Origin: Octopus bimaculoides
Lineage: Eukaryota
Direction: 5' to 3'
DNA length: 64,000 nt
NCBI RefSeq assembly: GCF_001194135.2
Contig: NC_068984.1
Span: 52,946,786-53,010,785 of the forward strand
A model generated the notes under the pieces. The model had not been told where the DNA came from and did no database searches. It worked only from the letters and a program-made list of their open reading frames with translations. The position numbers and the translations under genes are program-made. Shown piece by piece: positions 49,572-63,192 of the stretch. The first letter of the stretch is position 1. Each line of letters begins with the position of its first letter.

Positions 49572-50935
49572 CTGCAATAAGAAAAAGGGAATATTTCAAT
49601 GGCACTGTTTATGGCTAAGCGTTGAAGTGCTTTAAATGAAAGAGAAACTGGATAAGTAAACAATTTTGAATGCATTGGTTTTCTTTTTTTTTTTTTTGGT
49701 GGGGGTAATTTGGAATAAATATGAAAAATCTTCAGACTGAGTACAAAACTGAGCTGTTGTACGTATCTGGAAACTCACTGTTAAAAGAAAATGAGTTTCT
49801 CAGTTCTATGTGAGAAATAGCTCTCGAATGATACAGTTCATTTAAGAATGTAACTCAGTTTGTTTTTAAAATGGCAGTATAGGAATTAATTACATTGTGA
49901 AGGAATTATGATAGCCATTGGAAACGCTGTTATATTAACATTTTTGTTTTATTTTGTGATAGTATGAAGTATAAAAAGAAATTCTTTTGGACATCTGCCT
50001 GGTCCAGTTCCACTGCAATGACTAGCTCATTGATGCATGAAAAAACATAGACATGTATAAATATACAACACTATCAAGAAAATAACAAAAATGAGTATAA
50101 CAGTATATATGGATTGCTTCCAGCATGTAATGATTTTAGTTTCAACACAATCTAAGATCAAGTAACTTGCCAGGCAAATATACAACTCAGAAACATTAGA
50201 ATCACAATTTGAAAAATAAAAAGAAAGAAAAAAGGAGTTTAGAACAACCTTCTACCAGAACATTAACAAAAAAAAAAAAAAAATGAAAAACCATTCAGTA
50301 ATTTCAGATTCAAAACTTGGTATTTTACAATATGTGACAAACACACAAAAAATTTAAAATATAAAATTATAGGATAAACATGTAAACAACAACTTTAGGT
50401 GACAACTCAAACTGGATGCAGCAATGATGAATGATGTGTTATATATATATAAAGTGTAAATGTATTTCTAGTTTATTTTTATTTGCATACAACTCTCCTG
50501 TCTTTTATCAATGCTAAGATTTCACTTATGAAGATACCTCTAAATGTTACAATGTAAGCCACTCACACTTATGATTGAATCACACATTCTAAGAAGTTTC
50601 CAATACAATATTAGAATTTCTTCACCCACTAATCTATATCTATATACAGTTCTTCACTTTCAAATACCTATAAATTTACTTTGTATACATTATTCACTTG
50701 CTGATATATCTTCACCTTCAAATAACTACAGGTCTTGTTATACATTTATCTATTGGTACCACGAAATGTCTATAAATCTACTTACTATACATTACTTCAC
50801 CTACTAGTATGACTAAATCTATTTCATATACAGTTTTTTTTTACCTCCAAATACTTGGCCCTAACTTCTGGCTTTAATTGATCCAAATGGATGTAGGAAA
50901 TGATACATGAATTAGAAAATACATACTTTAATTAC

Positions 50936-50999
50936 CTGTGGTGAGCTTGTGAGTCTTCATTTTCCCAAACAGTTATTTTTAAACGTGGAAAAGTAATAT
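50936..50999 (-). CDS. Exon of unidentified minus-strand gene
   Basis: Minus strand: tttcgtatCAG|AT ATT...CAC AG|GTAATT. 64 nt; the only open frame is (N)ITFPRLKITVWENEDSQAHH(S). Phase 1/2 fits both flanking candidate exons. Confidence 0.6.
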
Positions 51000-52891
51000 C
51001 TGATACGAAATAGTGGTACACTAATTATTAAGGCTTACTCTACTGGACTTGAGAATTATAAATTACATAATCCTTCCAAAATTTAATTGAAAGTAGAGAA
51101 AGAAGAAAAAAGAACCAATACCATTTATAACTCTTTCAATTTTGTCATCAAGTAGTCAACACGTTTCAGGAATAGCTTTATTAGTTTAAAAATATATTCC
51201 TTTTAGTCTTATGAAATGATTTACAACACCAGCAGGTGATAAAAACATCTCATTTTATGACCATTATATTGTGAAGTAATCACTAGATACAGGTTATATT
51301 CAGTTTTTAAAATACACACATATTTGGAAGAACCTCATCCAAAAGTGTCCATCTAAAGGTTAGTTATATGTATAATTTACATAAACACAGAGTATCTTCT
51401 GATACAAAACAACACCATAATCTACAATCTTTATTCAATTGCAACAAAGCTATATAGTTTAGGTGTAAAATCTTAAAATGAAATTGATTTGGAAGATTGC
51501 TATTTAAAATATTCTAAATCTTGTCAAAAAAACCAGGGAAAGCAAAAGATAAATGTAGATAGCTTGAAAAGTAGCAGAAAACATTTAGATTAACTTAAGC
51601 AAACTTCTAGAATAATCAGCAATAAATAAAAAAAAAAATTATCAAGTATAACTATTAGTCAATCCTGGAAGGACATAAATTTAAAAATTGTTTTAAATGA
51701 AATATGTAGAACAGTTGTATATTAGATAATGAATAAGAAATATTGGTAAGTTTCCAGAAAAAAAAAATGTAGCTGTGATTATAACGAGGCATGAAAGTAA
51801 GCTAAATAAAATATCAGTAATGAGGATTAGGTGAAGTATGATACTGACAGAAAAGGTAACATGAGCACTTAAGTAGTGAAACAACTTAATCTGTCTCAAG
51901 GAAGCTACATTTGAAGCTCAACAACTATGTCTATTGACTAATTTACTATAAATTTATAAAATTAAATTAAAATTCTAAAATAGAATAAAAGAAAAAATGT
52001 CCTGGATGATTTGCTATTAAAGTACTCTGGGAAAGGTAAGTGTGAATACTAAGAAAAAAACAGCTTAAAAGGTAAGAAACTTATTAACTTAAAGTACTGT
52101 TTAGAAGACAGACATTGAAATAAAATATAAGACAATTCCTCAGTAAATTAGATTTCTATTAATTCTATCAGCTACTTTGAATGTAGAACTGGCAAGAAGC
52201 AAAAACAAAAGAAAAAAAATTAAAAAAGCTATCATAGTCATGTGATTAAATTTGCTTTACAAACATATTCAGGGTTTGGTATCACTGTGTAGTACCTTGG
52301 ACAAATATCTTTGACTGTAGTCCTAGGTTGACTAATGCTTTGAAAGTAAAATTTGGTAGCTTGAAATTGTGCACAGCAGAAAATGTTACTTTACTTATGG
52401 TGGTGTGTAAATGCTTGAAACATCCTCAAATCACCAATGTTAGCATAAAGTATGGCTTACTGATAAGAGACCTTTTCAGAAATTTAGAGATCGTGAAATT
52501 CACTACAAGGCTCTTAAGAAGTGTATAGCAGTCTAAGGCTTTGGACGTTAAAGATTTCAAGTCGATAAATATTTAAAGAACATATAACATAGTTGTTATA
52601 TTAAATATTAGCATTTTAGAAAGGCTGATGGATAATGAATTCTAACACATGGAGCAGACAATTTAGGTCACTACTGAAGCTGTCTGGTCTTAGCATTGAA
52701 ACATCATGCTAAACTAAAAATGAAAGTGTAACAAAATCATTCTAAATTGCAATGTTGTTCAACATCAATATTTGAGATAATATTGCAAGGCAGTACAAAA
52801 ATGTATCATTGCAAACATAAAATTTAAGATACACAGACAAAGACAGCACAGACGAACAAACAGGCAGGAAAATGGAGATATCAAAACTTAC

Positions 52892-53055
52892 TCTCTGGAT
52901 AGGAAGGGGGAGGGTATACTGGATAATGGTTGATTTGGTTGGTAGGAACACCATAACTATAGTGTGAATGGGGTAGTGGCTGATACTTGTTACTTGGGGG
53001 ATCATCATAGGTACTTTTGGACATTCCTTGAGGGTCTGACTTCCCCAGACTCACT
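52892..53055 (-). CDS. Exon of unidentified minus-strand gene (Pro/Tyr-rich, PPxY motif)
   Basis: Minus strand: ttcttgtatccgttgTAG|A GTG AGT...GAG A|GTAAGT. One open frame of three: VSLGKSDPQGMSKSTYDDPPSNKYQPLPHSHYSYGVPTNQINHYPVYPPPSYPE. In-frame ATG at 53024. Confidence 0.65.
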
Positions 53056-53573
53056 CTACAACGGATACAAGAAAATCATAGTATTCACTACTCAGAATAG
53101 CAAACAATTTAGCAACAAATAAATAAAAAGCATTCTACATATTAACAATTTTAAAGCAAAGCAAAAAGTTAGATAAACTGAAAATAAAAATAAAAAATTA
53201 GAAATTTTGCAGAGCAATGTTAACAGTGAGATGTGCTGAAAAGTGTGTTTGTTACAGAATTTTATTTTAATTATCAAATATTCTCATATCTATCTGATAC
53301 AGCCAAATTCCCATTAATCATGTCTTAAAATGTAAAATGAAATCTTTGAAGTCTCATCTCTCATTCAGAAAATACATACCAAACTTTTTCTCCAAAGAAC
53401 TTTGTCCAAAATGTTGGAATCTTTTCACATTGGTAGCATATCGACTTAAATCATCTTACTTTTATACCAATAAATACAATTTCTTTAGTGATGCAGATCA
53501 TCATCAGTCTTTTTTTTTATTTCTATCTTTCACAATTNNNNNNNNNNAATATATATATAATTTAGAGAAAAAC

Positions 53574-53618
<45 letters not shown>

Positions 53619-55239
53619 TCTGAAAATTAGTGTTATATAACCATTTCAATCACCCCTAGAGAGTATACTTAGCAGAGAAAAATAAGCAGAGAGGAGAGAT
53701 GATGAAGTCTGAGGTAGATCCCATGAGGAAGAAGAGCAACATATACTGTCATATAGCACCCTGATGAGGCAAAGAGCAACAGTATTGTTTACACAAAGCT
53801 TTCAGGAATAAGCAGCAGAATCAGCAAAACTAAGATAATTTTTTGCAAGGTGTCACTATATATGGCTCAGTGTTTGAAGGCAAAGAGATCAAGAATGTTT
53901 GTGAAATTAAGAAGTCAAGTCAGGAACATGACCTGGAGCAGACTTTAAAATCAAATAGTGCTGAGCAGGATTTACATTCTTAAACTCTTCATTTCTAAAC
54001 CTTTAAAACAAAGCCACATTAGTAAGTATTTAATAGTGTAAATAACATTGGTATGTTTAATTAATATGTAAATTCTCATTTTATTGTTGCTAATTATAAA
54101 TAGGAATTTAATTAGGCTGCTAAAAAGTGGGAATTTTGTCTTCATAGGATTGGATTTTCTCTATGGTTTACAGCAGAATTAAGTAAATGAGAGACAGTTC
54201 TCTCCAGATACAAATTCCAGTGAGACCACTGTTATTTTACAACAGTGAATTATATCACCTCAATCCAACTTAGAGCTAAGTAGACTGCTCTTGAGAAAGT
54301 CTTGGCCATGGATTCAATATAGTATCACAGACAGGACATAAACTAGTAATCTTTGATTGGCTGTGCAGTACCTTATTGACACATTCATCTCCAGCTACCA
54401 GTAGAATGAAAGTGAGGTTGAATGAGTGAAATAAAAATGTAATTATTTTGTAGGTAACTATATTCTAATTGAAGGTGGATTATATGAAACAGATATAGTG
54501 CTAAAGCCATTAAACAATACCCATACACTCTTGCAACATTTACTTCCTCACTTTTCTCAGTCTTCTATCCTTACTTTCTCTTCCATTCACTTTCTTGTAC
54601 CTTGGGGGCACAGTCTATCCTGATTATTCCTACCCACTCATACAAAGTAAAGTTGCCATGTATTTCCACTGCAGCAAGGAACCGGTCCCTTCTTTCATAC
54701 TTCAACCTTTCAACACTTAGCATAAAGTAGCCTCCTTCCGGTATATTCTGTAAACTGGTTGGTGTTAGAAAGAGCATCCAGCCAAGACAGAGATTGAAAC
54801 ATGACAAAGTTCTTTAACTCATCAAGATCCTGTTGAACTAGCTAACACATCCCAGCACGGAAGACAGAAGTTAAATGATATTGATGAAGAATTAGGATCA
54901 AAAAGACTGATCTCTTCTCTGAACTGAGATCATGTAATTGCCATATAAGCTTGAATCTGCATTTGAAATACAAGAAAGAAAAACACCAAAGAAAAAATGA
55001 GAAGTTAAAAGGAAAAAAAAATAATCTTCAGAATTATAAAGAACAAACTAGACAATATAACCCCAAAATGCTGAAAAAGAATACTGAATGATATAGTTAC
55101 TACAAGAGAGAATTCTTTTTGGCTGTCACCCTTAACTGAGTATGACTTAAAAGCAAAAGAGGCTTTTATTTTTTTCTCATGAGGGAACTTTAATGATGTT
55201 TTGCTCTTTCATATGATTATAGAGCAAAAGTGTTGAGAC

Positions 55240-55965
55240 TACCCTGTCTGTAGATAATACGGATCCTGGCAAAATGAATCTTGCTCAAGATTGTTTGCTT
55301 TTTTTCTTCTTGTTATTTCATCTGGGTTGACTCTAGAATTTTTCCTGTGATTGAAAGGAAATCCCTCACTAGTTTTCAGTCCAGCTGGTAAATGTTTCAC
55401 TTGCATGTGGTGACTAAGTGATCTTGAATTGTTGAGAGAGTTTACTGCGTTTCTAGCATTCTCTGAAGAATTCGCGAAGTCTATAGTGTAATTCCTTCTC
55501 ATATTTATAGACTTTTATGACACCAGAAGCTTTCCCTGATTTTGGCAGTTGCCAGCTCCTTTATATTTAGCAACAGATCCAATCTGGTATCTTCTCAAAT
55601 TTGTTGGGTACATTCCAGTGCTTCATAAGACTCTAAGGGCCATTTAACAGCTCATAAAATGTTCCTGCCAACATTCCATGATGTCACTTTTCTCAGTGTA
55701 GATGTATGAACCATCCTCACTTGTGTGTTATCACTTTTCTGCAGACTGTACACTTCTTTCACATCATGATAATTAGCAAAGGTTTGAATTTTTGTCTGCC
55801 TTTTTGTCCTACCATCAGTATTTCAGAGGCTGTAGCTCCATTTGTAGCAAGCTGTTCGCACATTTAAATCAGCCAGTAGCTTGCAGTGTACTCTATCCAG
55901 CTTCATGCAACTTTTGTCCTTCAGATAACAGCTGTTCTATTTTTACATTATTTTCATCCAACCAG
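55240..55965 (-). mobile_element. Degenerate RTE/BovB-like LINE ORF fragment
   Basis: Frameshifted DWLDEN, IQTFANYHDVKEVY, DGS..TEKSDI..WQEHF, SGKASG, VYKY..L..RL..FF and NHR motifs, typical of the RTE linker and RT N-terminus. Confidence 0.75.
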
Positions 55966-57289
55966 TCATAACATAAAAAGAATAGAAATACATTTATTAT
56001 TAATGAAAACCAATTTGTGAGGTTACATGTTCAACATTAAGTGACCATTCTTATTATATGGTTTTAATGATAACCTGCAAGTGAGGAGTAATTTCAGAAA
56101 CTTATTGACATTATCTGAGAGTCTCTTTGACACAATCATGTAAATGTATTTAAAAGTTTGTGACTGACAATTGAATCATGGTGAATATACTAATTATCTC
56201 AAGTAGGATATAAAAGAGCAAATGACAGCTTTAACACATTACATTAAAACAAAGAAGAAAAATAACATGCTAGATCAAGTTGTATATAGCTAGTAAATAA
56301 CAGGAATATTTGTTGTTGAATAGCTCAGATAAGTTCTACTAGAGCATCTCTGCTGCATAGAAAGTAATTAATTTATTTCTATCAATTCTTGCAAGATTAC
56401 ATTTAGATATTTTAATTATTTCTTTATCTGTGTCATTAAATTGGTTGAGGCACTGAGAATGTCTTCTGTATGTTCTGATACAAAACCTAAACCAAATAAG
56501 TTTTTACCTTACCATTTTACAAAGGTATTTGCATCAACAAGAGGAGCTCTCCATGGTTGCTCTATCTATTAAATATAGCTATTAAATTCTTCTCAAACTA
56601 CATCTTAATAAAGTAGGATACATTGGATAATACAGGTTAGATACACTGTCTAAAAGTAAAATGGGAAGTGGTCATAGCTGGATTGCTATTTGATGAAAGG
56701 TCTATTTGATCAGAACTAGTCTGGAGCTAAAAGCACAACAACGATTTTTGTGACTTGCTAAAACTATTGCAAATACAGACACAGAAAGTGAACTTCTAAA
56801 CATTGACAGAGAAATGTAGTACAAAAGAATCCAGGAATCTAGTCTTTTGTACACATCAATGCTAATAATAATAAAAAAAAAAAAAGGGTATCACAATTTG
56901 TGAATAGAGATTTTCTATATTAATTGCAATATAAAATGATGGTAGGCATGGAATGGATTGTAAATCAGATTTAAGGCTATTCATGCAGGAAATTACAGTG
57001 ATAAATTCAAATAAGAGATGGTAAAAGACACACACACAAAACATAAAGAGAGCCTTAAATAGATGAGATTATGAGGTAAAACTGAGTTTTAAAACATGCA
57101 GCTGTGAATATAACTAAAATTCAAAGATTATCCTGAATGTTTTGGCTGACATAGATAAAATGCTTTACAAGTCTCATCTTGAGACTTTGAGAGTTTGGCA
57201 AACCTGATCTTCACCTTCTTTAAGTATAAGGTGGTTGTTTTATAAATTCACAATTCTATAGACTGGGAAAATTAAGTTAGGTAGAAATG

Positions 57290-57520
57290 TAACTTTGGGG
57301 GCAGTAACACAGGTTGAAATGAATTTGGTGTGGTTAACACAGGTAATAACAGAAGTGGAGTAAAAAGATAGAAACGAATTTGGGGCAGTTAACACAAGTA
57401 GAGATGAATTTGGGATGGTTAACAGAGGTAGAGATGAATTTGGGTTGGTTAACACAGGTAGAGATGAATTAGGGGTGGTTAAGATAGATAGAGATGAACT
57501 TGGGTGGTTAACATGGGTAG
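57290..57520. repeat. 30-bp minisatellite
   Basis: Unit GAATTTGGGNTGGTTAACACAGGTAGAGAT; ~5 clear tandem units at 57376-57519 plus degenerate flanking units. Confidence 0.9.
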
Positions 57521-58049
57521 CAATGAAGTTCAAGAAGCAAAAACACAAAGGTGGGGCAGTTAACAGAGGATAGTTAGAAACAAGAAAACTATGAATATGT
57601 ATGAATTTTATGCATAAGTTTTCATGTCATTCCAAGACATTTCTATTTCCTGTATATCCAACTAGCATTGCTAATTGCAATTTATATCTTTCAGCATTGG
57701 TACATCACCTGATTGTTGTATTTATGACATCAATATATAGTTAATAACTAAGATATTTAAAAAAATAAATATTTTAAATCTGCTTCTTCATGCTAGTATG
57801 GGTTCAGTGGAACTTCTCCAGCACAGCAACTTAACACTTCTCATGCAGTCACTTGTCTCTTTTGTGAGGTTTAGCAGTCTGAGATCAGCTTCTACCATCT
57901 CTCCCCATGTCTTCCTTTCCTGCAGGTTCCTTCCACTTTGATTGCTTGCAATTTATTCACTAACATGTTAACCCTTCATAAGCATCACATATCTATAATA
58001 TCTATATCAGGACAGTTTCCTTTTTTGCCAGTGACATTGGATTCCTCGT

Positions 58050-58090
<41 letters not shown>

Positions 58091-58322
58091 GAGAGAGAGA
58101 GAGTATTTTGTATGTACAGTTAGACGTATGTCTGCTACAGACATTTGTTCTCTGTAATGCAATGCAGTAGAATGTTTCTCTGATGATCTGTGGTGATTAA
58201 GCATCCAATTGCATTTGGAACATCCAATGTTGAGGTTTCAAATAATTACAACAGTGAAACATATGTAGGGAACAAATGATATAAACTTGTGTTTACCATA
58301 ATTTATCACATGCGTGCGAGTG

Positions 58323-58355
<33 letters not shown>

Positions 58356-59150
58356 TAGGACATGGCTACTTTGCTGGGGGAGTATCACAAAAAAACACAC
58401 CCCATACACCATGTAAAGTGTAAAGCTACCTTCTAGACTTGTCGAAGATTATAAACCTCTTTAGTGCTAGTGGCATGAGGAAAAAAAAGAACACCCAGTA
58501 CACTCTGTAAACTGGCTCATATTAAGAAGAACATACAGCTATAGAAACTAAACTAAAATAAAAAGTGAGCTATATGAGGTCCCTACCAACTTGTCTATGA
58601 AAGCTATCTTACAATTCTTTCCTGTAATATTCTAATCACACGTCTGCAGTACCAGTATAGACTATGAATCAAATCAAGAATCCACATATATTCTACTGGA
58701 AAAGTACATGCAGATATACATTGCGGAGACCATCAAAGTGTGTGCAAGTATACCCAGTTGATTTCCTTTAAGTGATACTTCACACAGCTTGTCTTAATTT
58801 TGTCGTTTACATCTGAAGATCTTATACATACATGTGTTTGTTTCATTTTGTATTTTTCTCATTCTTTGCTTGTCTTAACTTATTTACTTGAAAGACTACT
58901 GGTTTCTTTTTCAGCTACCATCCTTGTATAAACATTTCTATCCACTTTTTTAGTCAATTCATCTACGCTCTGGCAACTTCCATATTATCAACACCACCAG
59001 ATCAAATAACATTGTGAGAAGGTGTTGAAATTGTAATGCTATTTATTTGGCTGACAAATGAAGAAAGGTTGAGCACATTTATACTGTACTACCATTTTTT
59101 TACCATAAACTGTTTTGCTGTCCTTCTGTGCTACCTTTGTCATTATATTC

Positions 59151-59600
59151 GACGACTGGCACCCATGCCAACGTCGTCTCCTTCATTGGACACGAAACTC
59201 GGCTTGCAAAGACCTGTTGGAGCAAGCGAAAGCGAAAGTGTCATGGTACCTGTGCCCAGCATCGCCTTCCTGGCATTTGTGCCGGATGGCATGTGTAAAG
59301 ACATTCGAGCGAGATTGTTGCCAGTGCCGCCGAACTGGCTCCTGTGCAGGTGGCACGTAAAATACACCATTTTGAGCATGGCCGTTGCCAGTACCGCCTG
59401 ACTGACCTTTGTGCGGGTGGCACATAAGCACCCACTACACTCTCAGAGTAGTTGGCGTTAGGAAGGGCATCCAGCTGTAGAAACTCTGCCAAATTAGATT
59501 GGAGCCTGGTGTAGCCATCTGGTTTCACCAGTCCTCAGTCAAATCGTCCAACCCATGCTAGCATGGAAAGCGGACGTCAAACGACAACGATGATGATGAT
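59151..59600 (+). mobile_element. Long (GAT)n-tailed LINE 3' end copy
   Basis: Family core GGAAGGGCATCCAGCTGTAG, tandem internal modules and (GAT)n tail. Older copies occur at ~2160, 4820, 15990, 26240, 28066, 29590 and 54730. Confidence 0.85.
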
Positions 59601-60914
59601 ATATATCAACAATTAATAATCCACAAGTTTCACAAACATACAAAACTATTGTCTTTCAGATGCCTTTATAGATATGACTTGGATTGTGGAAATATGTGAG
59701 TTCATATCAGGTTGCATGTGATAGTCTACCTAAGAGTAGGTTGTGAATTAGTGCAACTTCTAGATTATTCCATACCAAATTGAACGAACAAGTCACTGTA
59801 GGTAGCTCCTATACCACTGCTTGACTTGCTAGAAACAGCAGCCAAATTTTCCTCAGATTATACTATCAAGAAAAACAATGCATTATACAGTCCTGGTCAC
59901 AAAAATGGAATGCTCAAAGCTAAAATGTCCAATCATTGGTCTGCTCAATCAGGGATAATCCAGAGCTAAAGAAAATAAACAACAACATGCACATAATGAA
60001 ATTTTGCTGAAGACACAAAGAAAAAATGTCTGGCAATTGTCATTAATGATATTGCTAATAATAATTTGAAATACAAGTGAATAGTGAGAATACAGGCTGA
60101 AATGAAATTTTACATTAAACATGCAAAGATCACATTGATTAGTAATGACATTGATTGAGAGAAAAAAAAAATGAATAAAATTTTATGCTGCAGTAGAAAA
60201 GTCAGTGTAAAATGAAACTGACACATTTTTGGTTTGTACCCAAGCCAAAAACTCATATTAAAGCAGCACCATATTAATATTCATTAATTAATGAATATTA
60301 ATATTCATGGTAGCACTATATTAATAACAAATAATGAAGAAGGATAACTTCTAACAATGTTGAGAGGAAAAGCTGAGTAACCTTTATATATTTCAGGCAC
60401 AAACACAAATCATAAGAAGGGAATGATTTAGAAATGTGAGTTCCCCTTTTTGCATTGTTTGAAGCTCTCTTTCGTTATTTATTATTTTACCTCTGTATCA
60501 CAATGCTTCAAACAAACTATACTCTTCTATCGTAATACATGAATGCATCCATTCATTCTTTCATCAAGAGTACAATAATTATCAAAGCACAACATTTATT
60601 TGCCAAGATTATATCAATAGTCAATACACACATACACACACAATACACAAACTATCATCACAGCAAATGCTCACACACACACACATTAATACATAAACCA
60701 TCATTACAGCAAATGTTCACACACACAAACATACATAACTCATTAAGTATACATCAACTATCATAACACATACACGTGCATGCATGCACACACACATACA
60801 ACTGTGTGCATACATTAAGAGCATGGTAACTATTACAGCATTCATGCACATACACACATTTAAAGTATATCAATTATCACAATATTTCCTGTTAATACCT
60901 TTTTTCAATAAGGT

Positions 60915-61285
60915 TTGAAAATTATGAGGAATTCATAAAAATAAATTATTATTAAACTGATATTTGGAACATAAATTAACATAGAATTTTGATGGAAGGT
61001 TTTAATTTTGATCACTTAAAAATAGGGAATTTCTATCTTAGAACCTGAGAGTAGTCTCAGGTTGATACCTAAAGAGTTAAAGAATTAGAGGTGGGTTATT
61101 GAAGTCAGTTTAGTGTTAAGACATTGCTTTAACCCTTTCGATATGGATCTTAGACTGGCTCTGGTTTTATGATACAAACTTCCTGTTCAAAGTGATCTAA
61201 ATCGAAACTGTTCATCAAAATTTCATGCTAATTTATGTTCCAAATATCAGCTTAATAATGACAAAATTATTTTCTAAATTCATTC
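60915..61285. mobile_element. Two inverted fragments of a TTAA-ended MITE
   Basis: ~60915-61080 and 61129-~61285 are reverse-complement similar (TTATGTTCCAAATATCAG shared). Each ends in TTAA, separated by a 48-bp spacer. Confidence 0.55.
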
Positions 61286-61957
61286 ACACACACACATGTA
61301 CATATGTTGGGATAACATAACTATCACAACAAGCTTACAAGCATTCAAGCTACATAAAGTTACCTACATAAAGTTACCCAACCTACTAGAAAAAGTAGCC
61401 AAATTTCCCTGAGGCCTATGCATTGCCATCTTAAAAAAAAGAAAAAAGAAAAAAACAAGTCAGGGTACATTGGGCAATGTACTCTGGGGTACACAAGTCC
61501 TGAAAATAAGATGAAATGGCTATGGTTTGAATGCCTTTGATCATAAGTTTGCTTGATCAGAAATGATTTAAGGGGCCAAATATACACACATACATTAAGT
61601 GTATAAAAACCATAATAACAAGCCTTAGATATTAGACCCAATCTGTGGCCTAGTTTAACACCACCACCTGGCCCTTGCATACTTTTAGCAGGGTCAATTT
61701 TGCTGAAAGCCTTCAAGATAGGTATTCAATGTAGGGATGATTCCTCCATTCTCCTACCAATCTTGGAAACCCTAAAAAGGGTAATAAGTGCTGCCCTCCA
61801 CCTTCCTAACTAAGACCTTAATAATAACAAGCCTAGAAACAAACACTGTAAATATCATAGTAATTAAAAGTAATTAAATACACACATACCTATATATATA
61901 TAGTTACCTCACTCACATATTCACATAATTGAAATGGGATTTTTAAAAAATAATCCC

Positions 61958-62166
61958 TTCTACTATAGGCATAAGGCCTGAAATTTGGGGGAGGGCAATA
62001 GTCGATTACATCGAGCCCAGTACTCGACTGGTACTTATTTTATCGGTCCTGAAAGGATGAAAGGCAAAGTTGACCTCGGTAGCATTTGAACTCAGAATGT
62101 AAAGATGGACGAAATGCTGCTAAGAACTTTACCCAGTGTGCTAACAATTTTGCCAGCTTGCCACCT
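61958..62166 (-). mobile_element. tRNA-head SINE with Nin/Deu-like domain (family C)
   Basis: Minus strand contains TTTGCCTTTCATCCTTTC.GG.CCGATAAAATAAGTACCAG. Related copies at 17392-17588(-), ~36152-36300(+) and ~40420-40510(+). Confidence 0.75.
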
Positions 62167-62930
62167 TAGCTTTAAAAATAATAAAAACAATTTGTCACTT
62201 TGTTAGTAATTGGTTTGAATTCTGCAGAAGAAAAACATTTATGTATACATATCAATTGTACATTAAAACACGACGGTGAGATAGATTTTTCTTTTTTCTT
62301 TTCTTTTAGAAAATATTAAATATGATATCAACCAATTTAAGAAAATTCTGGAAAGGGAGGAAAAACATTTCAATAATAAAGCGAAAAATTAGAAAAAAGT
62401 TCTAAATGCAACATTACACTGAGTTGAGTATAATATAAGAGAATATTTGTATTGAAGGAGGTGGGAGGACATATTGGGCACAGAAAGAAGAAAGAGGTAG
62501 AAAAACAGTAAAGAAAAAAAAACAAAACAAAGAAATGAGAGAGTGAGAGAGAAAAAGAGTAAGCAAGATTATACAGTTATATCTCAATGACTGGTGATTA
62601 TAAGAGAGAAACTTTCTGTTAAGATCAGTAATAGAAATGAGTAAGATTTTGTAGAAGCATATACAAAGATTAGAAATGAGTCTGAAAAGTTTAATTGAAC
62701 AATGCTTTGACTGGTGAGCATGCAGAGGTGCAAATCATGCACGGCAGATAAATGTAGATCAACCAAGAATAATGCATTCTCATAGGTGGTCAGATCTCAA
62801 GGTTTTAGTTAGAAAGAAAGAAAACAACAGGAATTATTTTAAGTAGCAAAATCTTTTACAGCTGAATATTTTCTTTGAAGCAATTAGTTCTGATCTAATC
62901 AATACTGTCTTATCTAGCAGGACTCTAGAT

Positions 62931-63192
62931 CAGTGGTTCTCAACCATTTTTTACCTGTGGATCCCTTTGATTCCTCTTCTACTCAAGTAGACCCTACTAG
63001 CCATTCAATGCTTTAAAAAAAAAAATACTTTTATATTTTTTAAATTAAATATTATTAAGAATTGTCTAAAAAAAAATGTTAGAATATTTTGTGTATTGTA
63101 GATGTATAACCAATTTACTGCACATGAATTTTAGCTATAAAATCTTAAATGGACCCTTAAGGGTCAATATGGACCCCAGTTGAGAACCATTG
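62931..63192. mobile_element. hAT (Charlie-like) MITE
   Basis: TIRs CAGTGGTTCTCAAC / GTTGAGAACCATTG. CTCTAGAT occurs on both sides (the right copy is offset by 2 nt), matching the NTCTAGAN target preference. Confidence 0.75.

Noticed and set aside
53760-53790. CTGATGA hammerhead-like core (also at 30451)
   Set aside because: No paired stems or GAAA-NUH elements nearby.
54860-54956. Minus-strand exon after a strong polypyrimidine acceptor
   Set aside because: No convincing donor; frames end in stops or run into a repeat.
55239-55502. 87-aa minus-strand ORF as an exon of the unknown gene
   Set aside because: It is an off-frame reading of a decayed RTE-type LINE fragment.
58700-59150. Coding-looking AT-rich segment on the minus strand
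   Set aside because: All frames are interrupted by stops and I recognised no motif; possibly an old transposon remnant.
59036-59528. Overlapping 78-121-aa ORFs (also at 26677-27663 and 40113-40310)
   Set aside because: They arise from the GC-richer 3' UTR repeat family and vary in frame among copies.
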